Positions 63,082 through 64,000 of a stretch of 64,000 nucleotides of DNA are shown in pieces. The stretch is taken from positions 12,164 to 76,163 of the forward strand of contig JAKEGM010000071.1 of the NCBI GenBank assembly GCA_022615575.1, read 5' to 3'. Within the stretch, counting starts at the first letter, position 1. Every line of letters begins with the position of its first letter. Below the pieces are notes generated by a model, which saw nothing but the letters and a program-made list of their open reading frames with translations, was not told where the DNA came from and did no database searches. The translations under genes were made by a program, and so were the position numbers. This DNA is from Planctomycetales bacterium (lineage in GTDB: Bacteria > Planctomycetota > Phycisphaerae > Sedimentisphaerales > Anaerohalosphaeraceae).

Positions 63082-64000
63082 ATGGCCAAGGTAGCGAAAG
63101 CATTGTGCGCAGCGGCGGTATTCTTGCTGGCGGCTGTCCCTGCGCCTGTTATGGCTGTTCCGGCATGTCCGGAAGGAGCGCCGGTAACGCAGCCGGACGG
63201 GACAGAAATATCGGTCTATCTGCGCGGGGATGAATATGCGCACTGGAATGAGAGCAGAGAGGGCTATCAGATCATCAAAAACGGCAAGGGCGAATGGGTG
63301 TATATGGTTGAGAAAGCCGGTGCGGCAGCGGCCAGCGAGCACGCCGTGGGAAAGGCCGACCCGGAAGCGGTGAATGCACTAAAACCGGATACGATGAAAT
63401 TATCCGAAAGGGGAAAACAGAACCGTGCCCTGAGGTCCGCCGCGCAGGGAACTTTTGACCAAACACAGCCGTCCGCCGCACAGGAAACACCGAGCCTTAC
63501 ACAGACAGCGGGAATAATGTATAATCTGGTGGTGCTGGTCAATTTTTCTGACCTGACCATAGCGTATCCCGCGCAGGACTACGACAGTCTGTTCAACCAG
63601 ATCGGGTACACGGCCGACGGCGCCGTCGGCTCGGTCAAAGATTATTATCATGAGGTATCGTACAATGCCCTGACCGTGCAATCGGTTGTGCCGGAGCCGG
63701 TAACGCTGGGCAATGGCTACGCCTTTTACGGAGCCAACAATCCTTTCGGCGAGGATGTTCGTCCCCGGGAAATGGTCGCCCAGGCGCTTGCCGCATTGGA
63801 AGCGCGAGGGTTTGATTTCGGCACCGTGGACGGCGATGGAGATGGTCAGATTGATGGATTGACAATCATTCATGCCGGCGGCGGCGAAGAATACGGCGGC
63901 AATGACCCGGACTATATCTGGTCGCACCAGTGGGCGCTCAGCAGCCCGGTTACGTATGACGGTGTGACGATGCAGTCGTATCATACCGAACCGGCACGCC
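63082..64000 (+). CDS. M6-family (immune inhibitor A-like) metalloprotease, N-terminal part, secreted (runs off the right edge)
   Basis: Own translation: MAKVAKALCAAAVFLLAAVPAPVMA signal, then ...YNLVVLVNFSDL...GSVKDYYHEVSYNALTV...DGDGDGQIDGLTIIHAGGGEE... as in the M6 peptidase domain. Not in the ORF track (no stop in the window). Confidence 0.7.
   Translation, partial: MAKVAKALCAAAVFLLAAVPAPVMAVPACPEGAPVTQPDGTEISVYLRGDEYAHWNESREGYQIIKNGKGEWVYMVEKAGAAAASEHAVGKADPEAVNALKPDTMKLSERGKQNRALRSAAQGTFDQTQPSAAQETPSLTQTAGIMYNLVVLVNFSDLTIAYPAQDYDSLFNQIGYTADGAVGSVKDYYHEVSYNALTVQSVVPEPVTLGNGYAFYGANNPFGEDVRPREMVAQALAALEARGFDFGTVDGDGDGQIDGLTIIHAGGGEEYGGNDPDYIWSHQWALSSPVTYDGVTMQSYHTEPAR

Overview
The window looks like a chromosomal segment of a high-GC PVC-type bacterium. 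A Planctomycetota/Phycisphaerae-like origin is my inference from DUF1559-type prepilin proteins, DUF1573, a giant secretin and the GH29/GH95 enzymes. Gene content, left to right: ilvC (partial) and ilvBN, split by an opposite-strand two-gene module; a GT9 heptosyltransferase; tRNA-Lys; a GH29 fucosidase; a DUF2961/GH172-like gene with an apparent frameshift; and a nine-gene V/A-type ATPase operon whose c-ring carries a Na+-binding signature. These are followed by a processive GT2 synthase, a MauE-thioredoxin fusion, priA and tRNA-Pro. Next is a small glycan islet (Wzx, an AT-rich sulfotransferase, an AlkP-family enzyme), then a six-gene minus-strand glycosylation operon (GtrB-like GT2, GT-C/PMT-like, methyltransferase, GT4, AsnB, Gfo/Idh/MocA). 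A complete T2SS-like cluster follows: DUF1573 lipoprotein, GspC/PilP-like protein, a 1413-aa secretin and GspE-F-G-H-I-J-K-L-M. The window ends with GH95 and another glycosidase, and a partial M6 metalloprotease. The most unusual signal is a set of intercistronic inverted repeats whose arms are built from short tandem words. One pair brackets an intact four-helix-bundle (23S-rRNA-IVS/Avd family) gene inserted between gspE and gspF. One pair brackets a 20-codon remnant of such a gene. Four are 'empty' hairpins inside the V-ATPase and T2SS operons. I propose these are IVS-like cassettes or RNA-processing elements living in mRNA operons. Other points of interest are the oversized multi-N-domain secretin, a 52-nt block shared between the secretin and the DUF1573 lipoprotein gene, and consensus promoters that abut start codons (leaderless mRNAs). 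No CRISPR array, transposase, integrase or reverse transcriptase was seen. All family assignments come from reading motifs by eye and need HMM confirmation.
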